This document shows positions 35,223 to 46,178 of a DNA stretch of 61,661 nucleotides, piece after piece. Made by a program: the position numbers and the translations under genes. Position 1 is the first letter of the stretch, and every line of letters begins with the position of its first letter. The notes beneath the pieces were generated by a model. That model searched no databases, was not told the origin of the DNA, and worked only from the letters and a program-made list of their open reading frames with translations. The stretch is from Bacillota bacterium (GTDB lineage Bacteria > Bacillota > Clostridia > Saccharofermentanales > DTU023): positions 1 through 61,661 of the forward strand of contig DASRVY010000012.1 in assembly GCA_035654855.1 (NCBI GenBank), read 5' to 3'.

Positions 35223-35582
35223 ATGAAAACCAAAGATGATTGTATATTTTGTAAAATTGCAGCGGGGGAAATCCCCAGCAATTTTGTCTGGTCAAATGAG
35301 GATGTAATAGCCTTCCATGATATGAATCCCCAGGCTCCGGTTCATGTCCTGATTGTGCCCAGGTATCACAGTGATAATATTTTGGACTTGGCTGCAGAAC
35401 AAGATGGTCCGGAGATCTTCTCCAAGCTCCTGGCCGCTGTTCCGAATATTGTAGACGCTTTGGGGGTTTCTGAATCCGGTTTCCGTCTTATCATTAATAC
35501 CGGCAAGGGCGGAGGGCAGTCAGTTATGCATCTTCATATCCATCTGTTGGCCGGAGAAGGCCTCAGCGAATCCATAGTTTAG
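35223..35582 (+). CDS. HIT-family (histidine triad) nucleotide hydrolase
   Basis: 119 aa. CIFCKI... N-terminus and the histidine triad HLHIHLL. Confidence 0.85.
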   Translation: MKTKDDCIFCKIAAGEIPSNFVWSNEDVIAFHDMNPQAPVHVLIVPRYHSDNILDLAAEQDGPEIFSKLLAAVPNIVDALGVSESGFRLIINTGKGGGQSVMHLHIHLLAGEGLSESIV

Positions 35583-35766
35583 AGCTGCAAGAAGATTTAA
35601 GCGCCTTCGATAATTGCTTGTTGAAATGTCCGGCAGTCCACATTTTGTTGACTTTAAGCCGGCGCAGAGCTTTTCAGTTTGCCGGCGGTTAAGAGGGGAA
35701 AGAAGTAAGCCTTTTCAGTGACGGCAGTAAGATTGTGTGTCGCAGGTTATTGTCTTCAAAAATGGT

Positions 35767-35796
35767 TTGACCGTAAACTCGCGAATACGTTATAAT
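35767..35796 (+). promoter_or_regulatory. Candidate rpsU promoter
   Basis: TTGACC (35767-35772), 18-nt spacer, TATAAT (35791-35796). Confidence 0.5.
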
Positions 35797-35848
35797 GCCA
35801 ATGCTGTCTTTTGGGGCGGCTAGACAACTGTGAGGGGAGTGAGAATAA

Positions 35849-36022
35849 TTGTCAGAAATTCGTGTCAAAGAGAATGAATCCCTTGACAGTGCTCTGAAAC
35901 GCTTCAAACGTCAATGCGCACGCTCGGGTGTTCTCGCGGAAGTTAGAAAACGCGAACATTATGAGAAGCCCAGCGTAAAGCGGAAGAAAAAGTCTGAAGC
36001 TGCGCGCAAGAGAAAGCGCTAG
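35849..36022 (+). CDS. rpsU: 30S ribosomal protein S21
   Basis: Not in the ORF track (57 aa, TTG start). My translation is (M)[56 protein letters not shown], a textbook S21. GAGGGGAG SD 9 nt upstream. Confidence 0.9.
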   Translation: MSEIRVKENESLDSALKRFKRQCARSGVLAEVRKREHYEKPSVKRKKKSEAARKRKR

Positions 36023-36075
36023 ACAGATTTGATCGATTAGCTATTAAAAAAAGTATTAAAAACAGGAGGACTATA

Positions 36076-36840
36076 GTGGTCGAATTAAAAGGTAAAGTAG
36101 TTATTGTTACAGGAGCGGCAATGGGTATGGGTGCCGCAACCGCGGAATTGATGGCAAAAGCAGGTGGAAAGATTGTTATTGCCGACTATAACGAAGAGGC
36201 TGGCAAAGCTCAGACTCAGAAGATCGTTGATGCCGGAGGAGAAGCAGCTTTTGTCAAAACTGATGTTTCTGTTGAAAAAGACGTTGAAGCAATGGTTCAA
36301 TTCGCCGTCGATACCTATGGACGTTTGGATGGAGCGGTCAATAATGCTGCCATCTCTCCGGACGATAAATCTTTAACTGATATGGACGTAGAGTATTATG
36401 ATCGTCTTCTGTCCGTCGATCTGAAGGGTGTAGCCCTTTGTTTAAAATATGAACTCCGTCAAATGATGAAACAGGGTGAAGGCGGTTCTATCGTCAACAC
36501 TTCATCTGTAAGCGGTGTTCGTCCTCAGCCGGCCAATCCGGCCTATGTATCGGCGAAACACGGCGTTATCGGTTTGACGAAGCAAGCAGCCATGGATTAT
36601 TCACCCCATGGTATCAGAATCAACACAGTTTGCCCGGGTGCTATTGACACACCGATGCTGCAAGCAGCTTTAGTGCAGTTTAACCTGGACCCGATCGAGT
36701 ATCCTAAACAGTTGAGCATGCTTGGTCGTTTCGCTCAGCCGGAAGAGGTCGGTGAAGCCAATCTGTGGCTGGTTTCGGACCTGTCTTCCTATGTTACCGG
36801 AGCTACTATCTGCGTAGACGGCGGTTATACTGCTATGTAA
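36076..36840 (+). CDS. Short-chain dehydrogenase/reductase (SDR) family oxidoreductase
   Basis: TGAAMGMG cofactor motif, NNAA, catalytic S...YVSAKHG (YxxxK), PGAIDTPM. GTG start after AGGAGGA. Confidence 0.85.
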   Translation: MVELKGKVVIVTGAAMGMGAATAELMAKAGGKIVIADYNEEAGKAQTQKIVDAGGEAAFVKTDVSVEKDVEAMVQFAVDTYGRLDGAVNNAAISPDDKSLTDMDVEYYDRLLSVDLKGVALCLKYELRQMMKQGEGGSIVNTSSVSGVRPQPANPAYVSAKHGVIGLTKQAAMDYSPHGIRINTVCPGAIDTPMLQAALVQFNLDPIEYPKQLSMLGRFAQPEEVGEANLWLVSDLSSYVTGATICVDGGYTAM

Positions 36841-36873
36841 TTTAGCGCCACAATATTTCAATGAGTTTTATAA

Positions 36874-36915
36874 GGGACTGTCTCGCACCATTACGGTTGC
36901 GGCAGTCCCTTTATT
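36874..36915 (+). terminator. Probable intrinsic terminator after the SDR gene
   Basis: GGGACTG...CAGTCCC stem followed by TTTATTAT. Confidence 0.55.
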
Positions 36916-37035
36916 ATATAGGTGCTGCGGCAGTTTCTTCCCTAAAATAGAGGCAGCGGCAGAATATTTAAATGATGGTGATTTTTATGACAGAGGCAAT
37001 GTTATATAATACTGACTAAAGAAGAGTAGCAGAGC

Positions 37036-39171
37036 ATGGATCAAAAACGAAGGCTAAAACTGAAAAGACTGTTGATTTCTCGCAAATGGAATATCAAAGA
37101 GAATCGGAATACAGTATTTGAGAGCGGAATTAGAGGCGAACTTGCGGTGGATCAAGAGCAGTTGTCACTGGAGACTTTGACTGCTGACTCCGAATATTCA
37201 GAGTATCATCCATTGCTGCGGCGCATTTGGCGGGCGCGCGGTTATTCAAGTGCAGAAATCCAGGAAATAATATACCCGATTGAAATTGCCTATCCGTCTG
37301 CTTTTTTATTTACTGATATGAAAGAGGCGGTGAAACTGATCAGACAAGCATTGGCAAAGCAGAGCAAGATCTTGATTTTCGGCGATTACGATGCAGACGG
37401 ACTTACAGCTACTGCCTTGCTTTCACGCTGGTTTAAAGAGAAGGGGCTCCAAACGATCAATCTTATTCCTGATCGCCTTCGCGATGGTTATGGTTTAACT
37501 GAGGATCAAGTGAATCTGGTCAAGTCGCATAACCCGGATCTGGTTATTACAGTTGACTGTGGCAGCTCCAGCCTGGTGGAAGTAAAATCCCTGGAGGACA
37601 GCGGAATTAAGGTCATAGTGACAGACCATCACACTGCAGACAGCGATGAACATACTGCGTCCGCTTTTATCAATCCTCAAAGAGAGGGGGAAGATTTCCC
37701 CTTAAAGGGGCTGGCAGGAGTGGGGGTTGCCTATTATCTCGTGCGAGCCCTGGATTATCCGCAAGATCCCAAGCCGCTGTATACAACTTTAGCTGCGATC
37801 GGAACTGTAGCTGATGTGATGCCGCTCCGGGGAGTCAACAGGAGACTGGTTGTTGATGCCATCTGTTATTGCGATTACGCTCCTGTAGGAATTAAGGCCT
37901 TGACTAATATATGCCGAAAGAACAAGGAAGAGTTTTCAGCTTCCTTTATTCAGTTTACTCTGGCTCCAAGATTAAATGCTGCCGGCAGATTGGGGCAGGC
38001 AGATGTCGCTCTTTCGCTCTTGTTGACTGACGATGTATCTGAAGCAAGTGTATTAGCTGACAGATTAGACAGTCTGAATAATGATAGAAGAGAGCTGGAG
38101 AAAAAACAGATAAGGCAGGCTGATGAGCAGGTAGAATCGGAGTCTATTTTGGATCAAGACCGTATCCTAATTGCCGTAGATGAATCTTTTCATCCGGGGA
38201 TATTGGGAATTTTAAGTGCTCGTCTGGCCGATCAATATCAAATGCCTGCCATCTGTCTGGCTGTGGAGGAGGATATTTATCGCGGTTCCGCCAGAACATA
38301 CGGCGATACGGATATCTATGCCGCAATCGCCAGCTGCCAGGATTTATTGTTAACCTTCGGCGGACATTCGGGAGCAGCCGGTTTGTCCCTGCTCAAGGAG
38401 AATCTATCTGCATTTTCCGACCGGATAAGATTATATTTGTCTCAGCAGGGCGACTATGAACCCGCTGAGCTTTCAGTAGATCTTGAGCTTGAAGGGCATG
38501 ATCTGACTTTAGATGCTGCCCATTCACTACAGATATTAGAACCCTTCGGTGAACAAAATCCTCAGCCTCTGTTTTTTTTACGTTCAGCGGTCATATCTGA
38601 AATTAGGACTGTAGGAGATGGCAGTCATCTGCGATTGTCGCTTCTGCTCCCTGAGCGGGGGGAAGTTACCGCAATTGCCTTTCGGCAAGGGGATGCGTCT
38701 CTACTTTACAGGGTGGGAGACGTTATCGATATTGTATTTAATCTGGTGTCCAACATTTGGCGGGGGAATGAGAGCGTCAATCTGCATATTGAAGAGATGC
38801 GGCTCAGCACTTCGACAGAAAATAATTCAGGTAAACAAAGAACCGTGATCAACCGATCTATGATTGCGTATGTATTTAATCGTTTATCAGATTTTCTTGA
38901 TGTAGGACAAGATTTGACTTTTGACCCTTTGCATCTGGCGCATTGGCTTAGCAGTGACTATAATAGGCCTATATCATCAGGTCAGCTTTTAACAATTCTT
39001 CAGTTATTTTCAGAAGCAGGACTGGGCGATCTGCGATCACAGCGTGACAGCAACAAAATATTTTGCTTTATCCCTGTTGATCATAGAATCGATCTTAAGA
39101 CTACTGATCTGTGGCGGGGATTGTATGAGCAAGGAAGGATAGAGGATGCATCACAATCAAGCCTTAACTGA
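37036..39171 (+). CDS. recJ: Single-stranded-DNA-specific exonuclease RecJ
   Basis: DHH motifs (IFGDYDADGLTA, VDCG, VTDHH) and DHHA1 (..GGHSGAAG..). Confidence 0.9.
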   Translation: MDQKRRLKLKRLLISRKWNIKENRNTVFESGIRGELAVDQEQLSLETLTADSEYSEYHPLLRRIWRARGYSSAEIQEIIYPIEIAYPSAFLFTDMKEAVKLIRQALAKQSKILIFGDYDADGLTATALLSRWFKEKGLQTINLIPDRLRDGYGLTEDQVNLVKSHNPDLVITVDCGSSSLVEVKSLEDSGIKVIVTDHHTADSDEHTASAFINPQREGEDFPLKGLAGVGVAYYLVRALDYPQDPKPLYTTLAAIGTVADVMPLRGVNRRLVVDAICYCDYAPVGIKALTNICRKNKEEFSASFIQFTLAPRLNAAGRLGQADVALSLLLTDDVSEASVLADRLDSLNNDRRELEKKQIRQADEQVESESILDQDRILIAVDESFHPGILGILSARLADQYQMPAICLAVEEDIYRGSARTYGDTDIYAAIASCQDLLLTFGGHSGAAGLSLLKENLSAFSDRIRLYLSQQGDYEPAELSVDLELEGHDLTLDAAHSLQILEPFGEQNPQPLFFLRSAVISEIRTVGDGSHLRLSLLLPERGEVTAIAFRQGDASLLYRVGDVIDIVFNLVSNIWRGNESVNLHIEEMRLSTSTENNSGKQRTVINRSMIAYVFNRLSDFLDVGQDLTFDPLHLAHWLSSDYNRPISSGQLLTILQLFSEAGLGDLRSQRDSNKIFCFIPVDHRIDLKTTDLWRGLYEQGRIEDASQSSLN

Positions 39172-41482
39172 ATCAGACGCAGATAAAGAATTCGCTTTAA
39201 TTTGTGAGAGATGGCAGGAATACTCTAATCAGAATGATATTTCCCTGCTTTGCGATGCTTATGAATTTGCCAAGGAAGCACATAAAAATCAAAAGCGTGC
39301 CTCGGGAGAGCCCTATATTGTCCATCCGGTGGAAGCAGTGAAGATTCTTTTGGATCTTGAAGTGGATCGCGATACCTTGATTGCGGCCCTGCTTCACGAC
39401 ACTGTGGAAGATACAGACGTAACCTTGGAAGAGATCGAGGAAAAATTTGGTCCGGATGTCAGCAATTTGGTTGATGGTGTAACAAAATTATCAAAATTCT
39501 CATATTCGACTCAGGAAGAAATCCAGGCTGAGAGTTATCGCAAGATGTTTCTGGCAATGGCTAGGGATATCAGAGTCGTCCTGATTAAACTTGCGGACCG
39601 TCTCCACAATATGCGCACTATGGATTATCAGGATAAACAAAAGCAGATTGATAAATCTCGAGAGTCCTTAGATATATATGCGCCTCTGGCCCATCGCCTT
39701 GGAATTCATAAAATTAAATGGGAGCTGGAAGACATCAGTCTTCGTTATCTTGATCCTGAAGCCTATTACGATCTGGTTAAGCAAATTTCAGTTAAGCGCA
39801 GCGACCGTGAGAATTTTTTGCAAGAGACTTCTCACGATTTGATGGAACGTATTTCCGATATGGGAATTAAGGCGGATATAGAGGGCAGGCCAAAGCACTT
39901 TTACAGTATTTATCGCAAGATGAAGAAACAAGAAGCGGACCTTGATGAGATTTATGATCTGTTCGCTATGCGCATAATTGTCGATACTGTAGGTGAATGC
40001 TATGCGGTCCTCGGCCTGGTCCACGAACTCTATAAGCCTATGCCCGGCCGTTTCAAAGACTATATTGCCATGCCAAAACCTAATATGTATCAGTCATTGC
40101 ATACCACAGTCATAAGCCCTGCCGGTATACCTTTTGAAGTTCAAATCCGAACTGTAGATATGCATCGCACTGCAGAGTATGGCATCGCTGCGCATTGGCG
40201 TTACAAAGAAGATAAGAAACCATCCTCAGCAAAGGCCGATCCTATCGATGTCAAACTGACCTGGCTCAGGCAGCTGTTGGAGTGGCAAAGCGATGTGCGC
40301 GATTCTTCGGATTTCATGAGTACTTTAAAGGAAGAGCTGATCACAGATGAGGTTTTTGTTTTTACACCCAAAGGTGAAGTAATTTCACTGCCCACCGGTG
40401 CTGTGCCGATTGATTTTGCCTATCATATTCATAGCGGCGTAGGCAACTCGATGTATGGGGCTAAGGTTAACGGGCGCATGGTCCCTCTGACCTCTAAGTT
40501 GGAGAACGGTGATATTGTTGAAATCCTTACTTCTGATAAGGTCAAGGGACCAAGTCTGGATTGGCTGAATATCGTCAAAAGCAGCACTGCCAAGAGCAAG
40601 ATATCTACCTGGTTCAAGCGCGAGATGCGCGACGATAACATTGTCCGCGGCCGCGAGACAATTGACCGCGAGATTAGGAAATCCGGATTCACACCTGCGC
40701 AGCTGGTAAAAAAGGAATTCTACAATAAGCTGTTAAAGCGATACTCTCTGCACAGCCTTGATGATCTCTATGCTATCGTGGGTTATGGCGGTCTGTCTGC
40801 CGCTCGCGTGGTACCACGCCTGCGCGATGACTATATTCTTTCACTCAGCGAGGATGAAAGAGCCAATTTGGGTTATCGTATTACGAAAAGCGGTCATGTT
40901 CAGTACGCGCCCAAGTCTATCGTTTCCTCCGATGAGTCGACTTGGACGAAACGTGATACAGAATCCAAACAACAAAAACGCAAAAAATTGGCCAAGCAGT
41001 CTCGGGGGGTGCAGGTCAGGGGAATAGATAACTGTCTAATTCGACTGTCCCGCTGCTGTAATCCCATCCCGGGTGACAAGATTATCGGTTATGTGACAAG
41101 AGGTGAAGGAGTCGCCGTACACCGGATGGATTGTCACAATATCGTGCATCTCCTTGCTTCATTTGAGCAGTCTCCGGAGGACGCCGAACGGGCTTCTCGT
41201 CTGATCGATGTCTTCTGGGTTGAAGATCTGCCGCAGGAGCTTAAATATCAAACTGTGTTGAGAGTAATAGCCAGGGATCGTCGCAATCTGTTAGCGGAGA
41301 TTTCGAGTGCTGTGGCGGAAGAGACAATACCGATTCTTGAATTTAAAGTGCAGTCTGCCAAGGATATCAGCGCCAGTGTCAGGATGACGATAGAAACCAC
41401 AGACCAGGCACAGGTTGAACGCTTGATCGCACGCTTAAAGATGATTCCCAGCGTTGTTGATGTCAGTCGTACCGGCAGTTAA
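39146..41482 (+). CDS. rel: Bifunctional (p)ppGpp synthetase/hydrolase, long RSH (Rel/SpoT)
   Basis: HD hydrolase (HPVEAV..LHDTVEDT), synthetase (RFKDYIAMPKPNMYQSLHTT; EVQIRT), then TGS, zinc-finger (CCNPIPGD) and ACT-like domains. It overlaps the recJ end by 26 nt. Confidence 0.95.
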   Translation: MHHNQALTESDADKEFALICERWQEYSNQNDISLLCDAYEFAKEAHKNQKRASGEPYIVHPVEAVKILLDLEVDRDTLIAALLHDTVEDTDVTLEEIEEKFGPDVSNLVDGVTKLSKFSYSTQEEIQAESYRKMFLAMARDIRVVLIKLADRLHNMRTMDYQDKQKQIDKSRESLDIYAPLAHRLGIHKIKWELEDISLRYLDPEAYYDLVKQISVKRSDRENFLQETSHDLMERISDMGIKADIEGRPKHFYSIYRKMKKQEADLDEIYDLFAMRIIVDTVGECYAVLGLVHELYKPMPGRFKDYIAMPKPNMYQSLHTTVISPAGIPFEVQIRTVDMHRTAEYGIAAHWRYKEDKKPSSAKADPIDVKLTWLRQLLEWQSDVRDSSDFMSTLKEELITDEVFVFTPKGEVISLPTGAVPIDFAYHIHSGVGNSMYGAKVNGRMVPLTSKLENGDIVEILTSDKVKGPSLDWLNIVKSSTAKSKISTWFKREMRDDNIVRGRETIDREIRKSGFTPAQLVKKEFYNKLLKRYSLHSLDDLYAIVGYGGLSAARVVPRLRDDYILSLSEDERANLGYRITKSGHVQYAPKSIVSSDESTWTKRDTESKQQKRKKLAKQSRGVQVRGIDNCLIRLSRCCNPIPGDKIIGYVTRGEGVAVHRMDCHNIVHLLASFEQSPEDAERASRLIDVFWVEDLPQELKYQTVLRVIARDRRNLLAEISSAVAEETIPILEFKVQSAKDISASVRMTIETTDQAQVERLIARLKMIPSVVDVSRTGS

Positions 41483-41658
41483 ACGCCTTCAAACAGAATA
41501 CATCTTAAAGGTTGAATTTTATATTTTCTGCGTCGTTAAAGACACTTAAGGATAAGTTTAATATCGTTATCGGGATTTCTTCAAGCCGTACTCTGACTCA
41601 ATTATGAGTTTGATAATGAAGAAATGCCCTGTATCTGCGTTTCAGGACAAAATCAGAT

Positions 41659-43413
41659 TCAATCGATCTCCAAGACAGATATAATGATGATAGGACGTCT
41701 TCTTGTCTTTTCGAATAATAAGCGACGTAATTCGTGCTCTAATCGGCCTGATTTTAAGACGTGAACTAGAGGCTTGCCCTCTTTTTGGGCATCTTTAGCC
41801 AATTTGCTGATCAGATTGCGGCAGCCTTCAACGGTACTGGCAATCTCGCTGTCATAGATAAAGCCGCGGGCCATTATATCAGGCTGTCCTAATATCTCAT
41901 TATTTTCGCTGTCGACAGCGATATAGGCCGATACGACCCCATCCTCTGCCAGCCGCAGACGGTCGCGCAACACCCATTTATCGACATCTCCCATTCCGGA
42001 GCCGTCAATAAGCACTCCTGCGCCTTCTGTAAAGCCGATGAAGCGCAGTTCTTTATGATCCAGCTCAATAATATCTCCATTTGCCAGAAGTTGGATTCTG
42101 TCCTTCGGGTGTCCCATTTCATTAACCATCTGAGCATGTTTATAGAGATGTCTGTACTCACCGTGCACGGGGATGAAATAGCGGGGACTTGTCAGTTGGT
42201 ACATCAATTTAAGTTCTTCCCTGTAAGCGTGTCCCGAAACATGAACATCAGCCAGGGATTCATAGATTACTTCCGCTCCGCGCCGGTAAAGTTCATCGAT
42301 CATACGATAGATAGGCTTCTCATTGCCGGGGATAGTGGATGAAGAAAGTATAATTGTGTCGCCTTCCATTATTTCTACATTTTTGTGCTCAGCAAAAGCC
42401 ATCTTGCTTAAGGCTGCCATTGGTTCGCCTTGACTGCCGGTGGTTATAAGAACCAGTTGTTCCGGTTTGTAGTTATCTATAGAGTTTACCTCGATAATTG
42501 TGCCTTTATGACTCTTAATATAACCAAGGCTATTTGCTGCTTCATAAACATTCAGCATACTGCGGCCGAGCAGGCAGACTCTGCGATTTTCTGCCTCTGC
42601 TGCATCAATGATTTGCTGCAGACGATAAATATTGGAAGAAAAGGTGGCCACAAAAATCCTGCCCTTAGCTTTTGAAAACAGATTCTTAAAAGTTTCACCT
42701 ACGGCTTTTTCGGACATTGTTGAGCCGCCAACTTCAATATTGGTGCTGTCTGAGAGCAGAGCCAGAACTCCTTTTTTGCCCAATTCAGCGAAGCGCTGCA
42801 GGTCGATGGGCTCGCCTGTCGGCGGCGTGTAGTCTATCTTAAAATCACCTGTGTGGATTACAACGCCTAAGGGTGTTGTGATTGCCAGAGCATTGGCATC
42901 AGCTATAGAGTGATTAACATGGATAAATTCAACTTGGAAACTGCCTGCCCCAACGCGCTGGCCGCTGCGCAAGAGCCTGAGGTCCGGGTTTTTTACTCTG
43001 GTGCCACGATCCTCCAATTTGCGCTCGATCAATTTTAGAGTCATGGCGTTGCCATAAACAGGAACATTAAATTCCTTTAATAGCCAGGGTAATGCGCCTA
43101 GATGATCTTCGTGGCCGTGCGTAACAAATATAGCCTTTAGTTTCTCTTTGTTTTCACGCAAATATGTGAAGTCAGGAATAATAATGTCTACTCCCGGCAT
43201 ATCTTCATCCGGGAAACCGATACCGCAATCTACGACAATCAGTTCGTCTTGAAATTGGTAGCAAGTCATATTCTTGCCAACCTCACGCATTCCTCCTAAA
43301 GGGATGATCCTTAAACCCGGACTTCTGGAGTCATTTATTTGGGCAGCTTTTTGTTTCCGCGACTGGGATATTGTTTTTTTACCGATTATTTTTGCATCCA
43401 TATGGATTTTCAT
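41659..43413 (-). CDS. rnj: Ribonuclease J
   Basis: Metallo-beta-lactamase/beta-CASP: THGHEDHLGALP, ...DSTN..., ...VHVSGHA.... Confidence 0.93.
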   Translation of the reverse strand: MKIHMDAKIIGKKTISQSRKQKAAQINDSRSPGLRIIPLGGMREVGKNMTCYQFQDELIVVDCGIGFPDEDMPGVDIIIPDFTYLRENKEKLKAIFVTHGHEDHLGALPWLLKEFNVPVYGNAMTLKLIERKLEDRGTRVKNPDLRLLRSGQRVGAGSFQVEFIHVNHSIADANALAITTPLGVVIHTGDFKIDYTPPTGEPIDLQRFAELGKKGVLALLSDSTNIEVGGSTMSEKAVGETFKNLFSKAKGRIFVATFSSNIYRLQQIIDAAEAENRRVCLLGRSMLNVYEAANSLGYIKSHKGTIIEVNSIDNYKPEQLVLITTGSQGEPMAALSKMAFAEHKNVEIMEGDTIILSSSTIPGNEKPIYRMIDELYRRGAEVIYESLADVHVSGHAYREELKLMYQLTSPRYFIPVHGEYRHLYKHAQMVNEMGHPKDRIQLLANGDIIELDHKELRFIGFTEGAGVLIDGSGMGDVDKWVLRDRLRLAEDGVVSAYIAVDSENNEILGQPDIMARGFIYDSEIASTVEGCRNLISKLAKDAQKEGKPLVHVLKSGRLEHELRRLLFEKTRRRPIIIISVLEID

Positions 43414-43597
43414 GATAACAGAAAAACTATATCATGACATGCAAATTGAGCATAAAAATAAAAAATTTATGTCGATGTAACACAGGAACAGAATTTGCAG
43501 CACTTTTTCCTCATGGACAATTGACAGGGATGATATTGAATCCGCGTTCTAAAAATGTAAGAATCATAGGGAAGAACTAAATCGAGGAGGCCCCGAG

Positions 43598-44341
43598 ATG
43601 ATAGTGTTAAAGAACGTCACAAAATCATATGACGGCAAAAGAAATGCTGTGGATAATTTGAGCCTGGAAATTAAGGCCGGAGAAATATTTGGTTTTTTGG
43701 GGCCCAATGGTGCAGGGAAAACGACTGCTTTAAAAATGATCACGGGAATACTGCAGCCCACTGCAGGTGAAATATTTGTGCGTGGTTATTCAATTCTCAG
43801 TCAGCCACTGGAAGCTAAGAAGCAATTTTCTTTTGTTTCCGATGATCCCAATGTTTTTTTGAGGTTCAAAGGCATAGAATATTTAAGATTTATGGCAGAT
43901 ATTTACGAAGTTGATCCTTCTTTGCGTGAAGACAGGGTCAGGACATTATCCGGCGAATTTGGCATGACGGATGTTCTGAATGACCCAATCAGCAGTTACT
44001 CTCACGGAATGCGCCAGAAGATCGTCATCATCGGCGCTTTGCTGCATGAACCGCCTGTATGGATTTTGGACGAGCCGATGACCGGGCTTGACCCTAAGGC
44101 AAGCTTTAATCTTAAGAATCGCATGCATGCGCATGCGGATGATAATCAGACAGTATTGTTTTCGACCCATGTTCTTGAAGTAGCCGAAAAAATATGTAAC
44201 CGCGTCGGAATTATTGACAAAGGGCGCCTGATTTTTGTCGGTACCATCACAGAGATGGCGGAACATTTTAAAGAACATAAGAGTTTGGAAGAGATGTTCA
44301 TAGAGCTGACAGAAGAAAAATCACCGGCGTTTGAGGAATGA
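43598..44341 (+). CDS. ABC transporter ATP-binding protein
   Basis: Walker A GPNGAGKTT, signature YSHGMRQK, Walker B VWILDEPMTGLD. Confidence 0.9.
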   Translation: MIVLKNVTKSYDGKRNAVDNLSLEIKAGEIFGFLGPNGAGKTTALKMITGILQPTAGEIFVRGYSILSQPLEAKKQFSFVSDDPNVFLRFKGIEYLRFMADIYEVDPSLREDRVRTLSGEFGMTDVLNDPISSYSHGMRQKIVIIGALLHEPPVWILDEPMTGLDPKASFNLKNRMHAHADDNQTVLFSTHVLEVAEKICNRVGIIDKGRLIFVGTITEMAEHFKEHKSLEEMFIELTEEKSPAFEE

Positions 44342-44344
44342 TTC

Positions 44345-46084
44345 ATGAATAAGTGGTGGATATTGACAAAAGCTTTGGTCAAAGGATCAGATGCCTTTGG
44401 CGCGGGAGCAAGAAAAAATAAGAAGAGAAGCACACTCATCTCAAAGGGACTGGATAAAAGCAAAAGAATATTCTTTGCCTTCCTGGCAATTGCTTATGTT
44501 TCAGTCATTTTTGGGATTCAAGGCTGGACGCTGGCAGAACAATTGCTGTCTATGGGACTACAAGTTCAAAACCCGGAGATCGAGCCTGTTATGTTGGCTG
44601 CTCTGCGTGCAGGCATAGGGCAGCTGTATCTGCCAGGTTTTTTTATGCTGCTGGGAACAGGCTTTTTCTATGCCGCAGGTATCTTTTATTTTGCCAAAGA
44701 TCTGGATACCTTGCTGGCCTTGCCGCTTAAGCCCGGTACAATTGTAGCCGCGAAAATTTCCAATCTTTATCTTTTCTCAATTATCATCCCTGCGGTATTG
44801 GCTCTGCCCGGAGTTGTTGTATTAGGCTTTAGATTGAGTATGCCGCCTTTGTATTATTTCTATGCGTTACTGCTCCTGCTCTTTGGCGCAATTATCCTCA
44901 TGTGCTTTGATGCTGTCGTGATTTTATTGATGATGCGTGTGTCTGTCTTTACCAGAAGTAAAGACCGTTTTATGGTAATAACTCAGATATTGATGTTTGT
45001 CGGCATCTTTGCCTACGTTATTTCTAATATGGGAGCTGCCGATATTGTGGGTCAGTCCGGTGAAGTAACTCCATCAATTGTCAGATATATCGTTCCTTTG
45101 TCCGATAAGGCTATCGAGGCGATGGCCTTACCGAGTGACCCTGCTTCGCCGCTTAAGATTATTGGCCTAATTGCCCTTGCTTTGGTTTTTATGGCTTTGC
45201 TGATCACATTGTCTTCGAGGATATATCTGCGGGCGGCGCGCGAGAGCAGATCCGGAGGGCGGTATGTTCATAAGCCCATGACTGAGAAGGGATGGAGAAA
45301 GCTGCAAAAGACCGGCAGCAATTTTGCCGTTATGGTCACTAGAGAGGTAAAGTCTTTAATTCGTTCTCCGGTCTATGCTTTAAATATTTTGATTTTTCCT
45401 GCCATTATGGTGGTTATTTTGACAGGCTCGATGCTGTTTGCCTTTATCGGGCAGGGCGGTAATCTTGGCGGTGTCAGAGAGCAGTTTTCACAACTGTTTG
45501 CTCCGGAAGGTTTGGACAGCGTTCTGCCTTATGTGCTAATAGGTGTGTGTGTCGGCATATCATTCCTGTCCGGCACTAACTACAGCATGACAACAGCTAT
45601 CTCCCGCGAGGGGAAAGAAGTGGCAAATCTAAAATCTTGGCCGCTTAAAACAAGTACAGTATTTGCCTCTAAACTGGTTATAGGTGAGCTCATATCACTT
45701 ATTTCCTGGCTGCCGATAATGGTAATGATTTATATTCTGGTCCCTTTTAACGTCTATTTCCATCCGGTTGTGACGATAATGCTGTTGTTCTTGCCTGCCA
45801 CAGTTAATGTAATGTCATTGTTGGTCGATCTTAGCAAACCTATTCTGAGCTGGAGCTCGGAGCAACATGTTGTCAAGCAGAATATGAACATTCTTAAGGC
45901 TATGCTCATTGCTGTCATCCAAGCAGGTATACTCATTGGCGCATCCCTTCTGGCGCGAAGGGTTGGAGCAGGAATCGCAGTCTCTTGTTTTATTTTTGCT
46001 GCAGGCAGCATACTGCTCTTCGCACTCTCTGCAATATTATTGGCTTCAACAGGCAAGCGGTATTATTTGGAACGGGTATACTAA
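44345..46084 (+). CDS. Large polytopic ABC-exporter-type permease (putative 'ABC_export'-like)
   Basis: 579 aa with more than 10 hydrophobic segments. It starts 3 nt after the ATPase gene stop. I recognise no catalytic motifs. Confidence 0.6.
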   Translation: MNKWWILTKALVKGSDAFGAGARKNKKRSTLISKGLDKSKRIFFAFLAIAYVSVIFGIQGWTLAEQLLSMGLQVQNPEIEPVMLAALRAGIGQLYLPGFFMLLGTGFFYAAGIFYFAKDLDTLLALPLKPGTIVAAKISNLYLFSIIIPAVLALPGVVVLGFRLSMPPLYYFYALLLLLFGAIILMCFDAVVILLMMRVSVFTRSKDRFMVITQILMFVGIFAYVISNMGAADIVGQSGEVTPSIVRYIVPLSDKAIEAMALPSDPASPLKIIGLIALALVFMALLITLSSRIYLRAARESRSGGRYVHKPMTEKGWRKLQKTGSNFAVMVTREVKSLIRSPVYALNILIFPAIMVVILTGSMLFAFIGQGGNLGGVREQFSQLFAPEGLDSVLPYVLIGVCVGISFLSGTNYSMTTAISREGKEVANLKSWPLKTSTVFASKLVIGELISLISWLPIMVMIYILVPFNVYFHPVVTIMLLFLPATVNVMSLLVDLSKPILSWSSEQHVVKQNMNILKAMLIAVIQAGILIGASLLARRVGAGIAVSCFIFAAGSILLFALSAILLASTGKRYYLERVY

Positions 46085-46178
46085 AGCCGGTATGAAATCT
46101 GTTTCTTGGGGCGATGTCCGAGTGCAGCTAAGCGACGCCTGAGCAGGCTGCAGACATATTTTCTGTGAACACCGGGAC

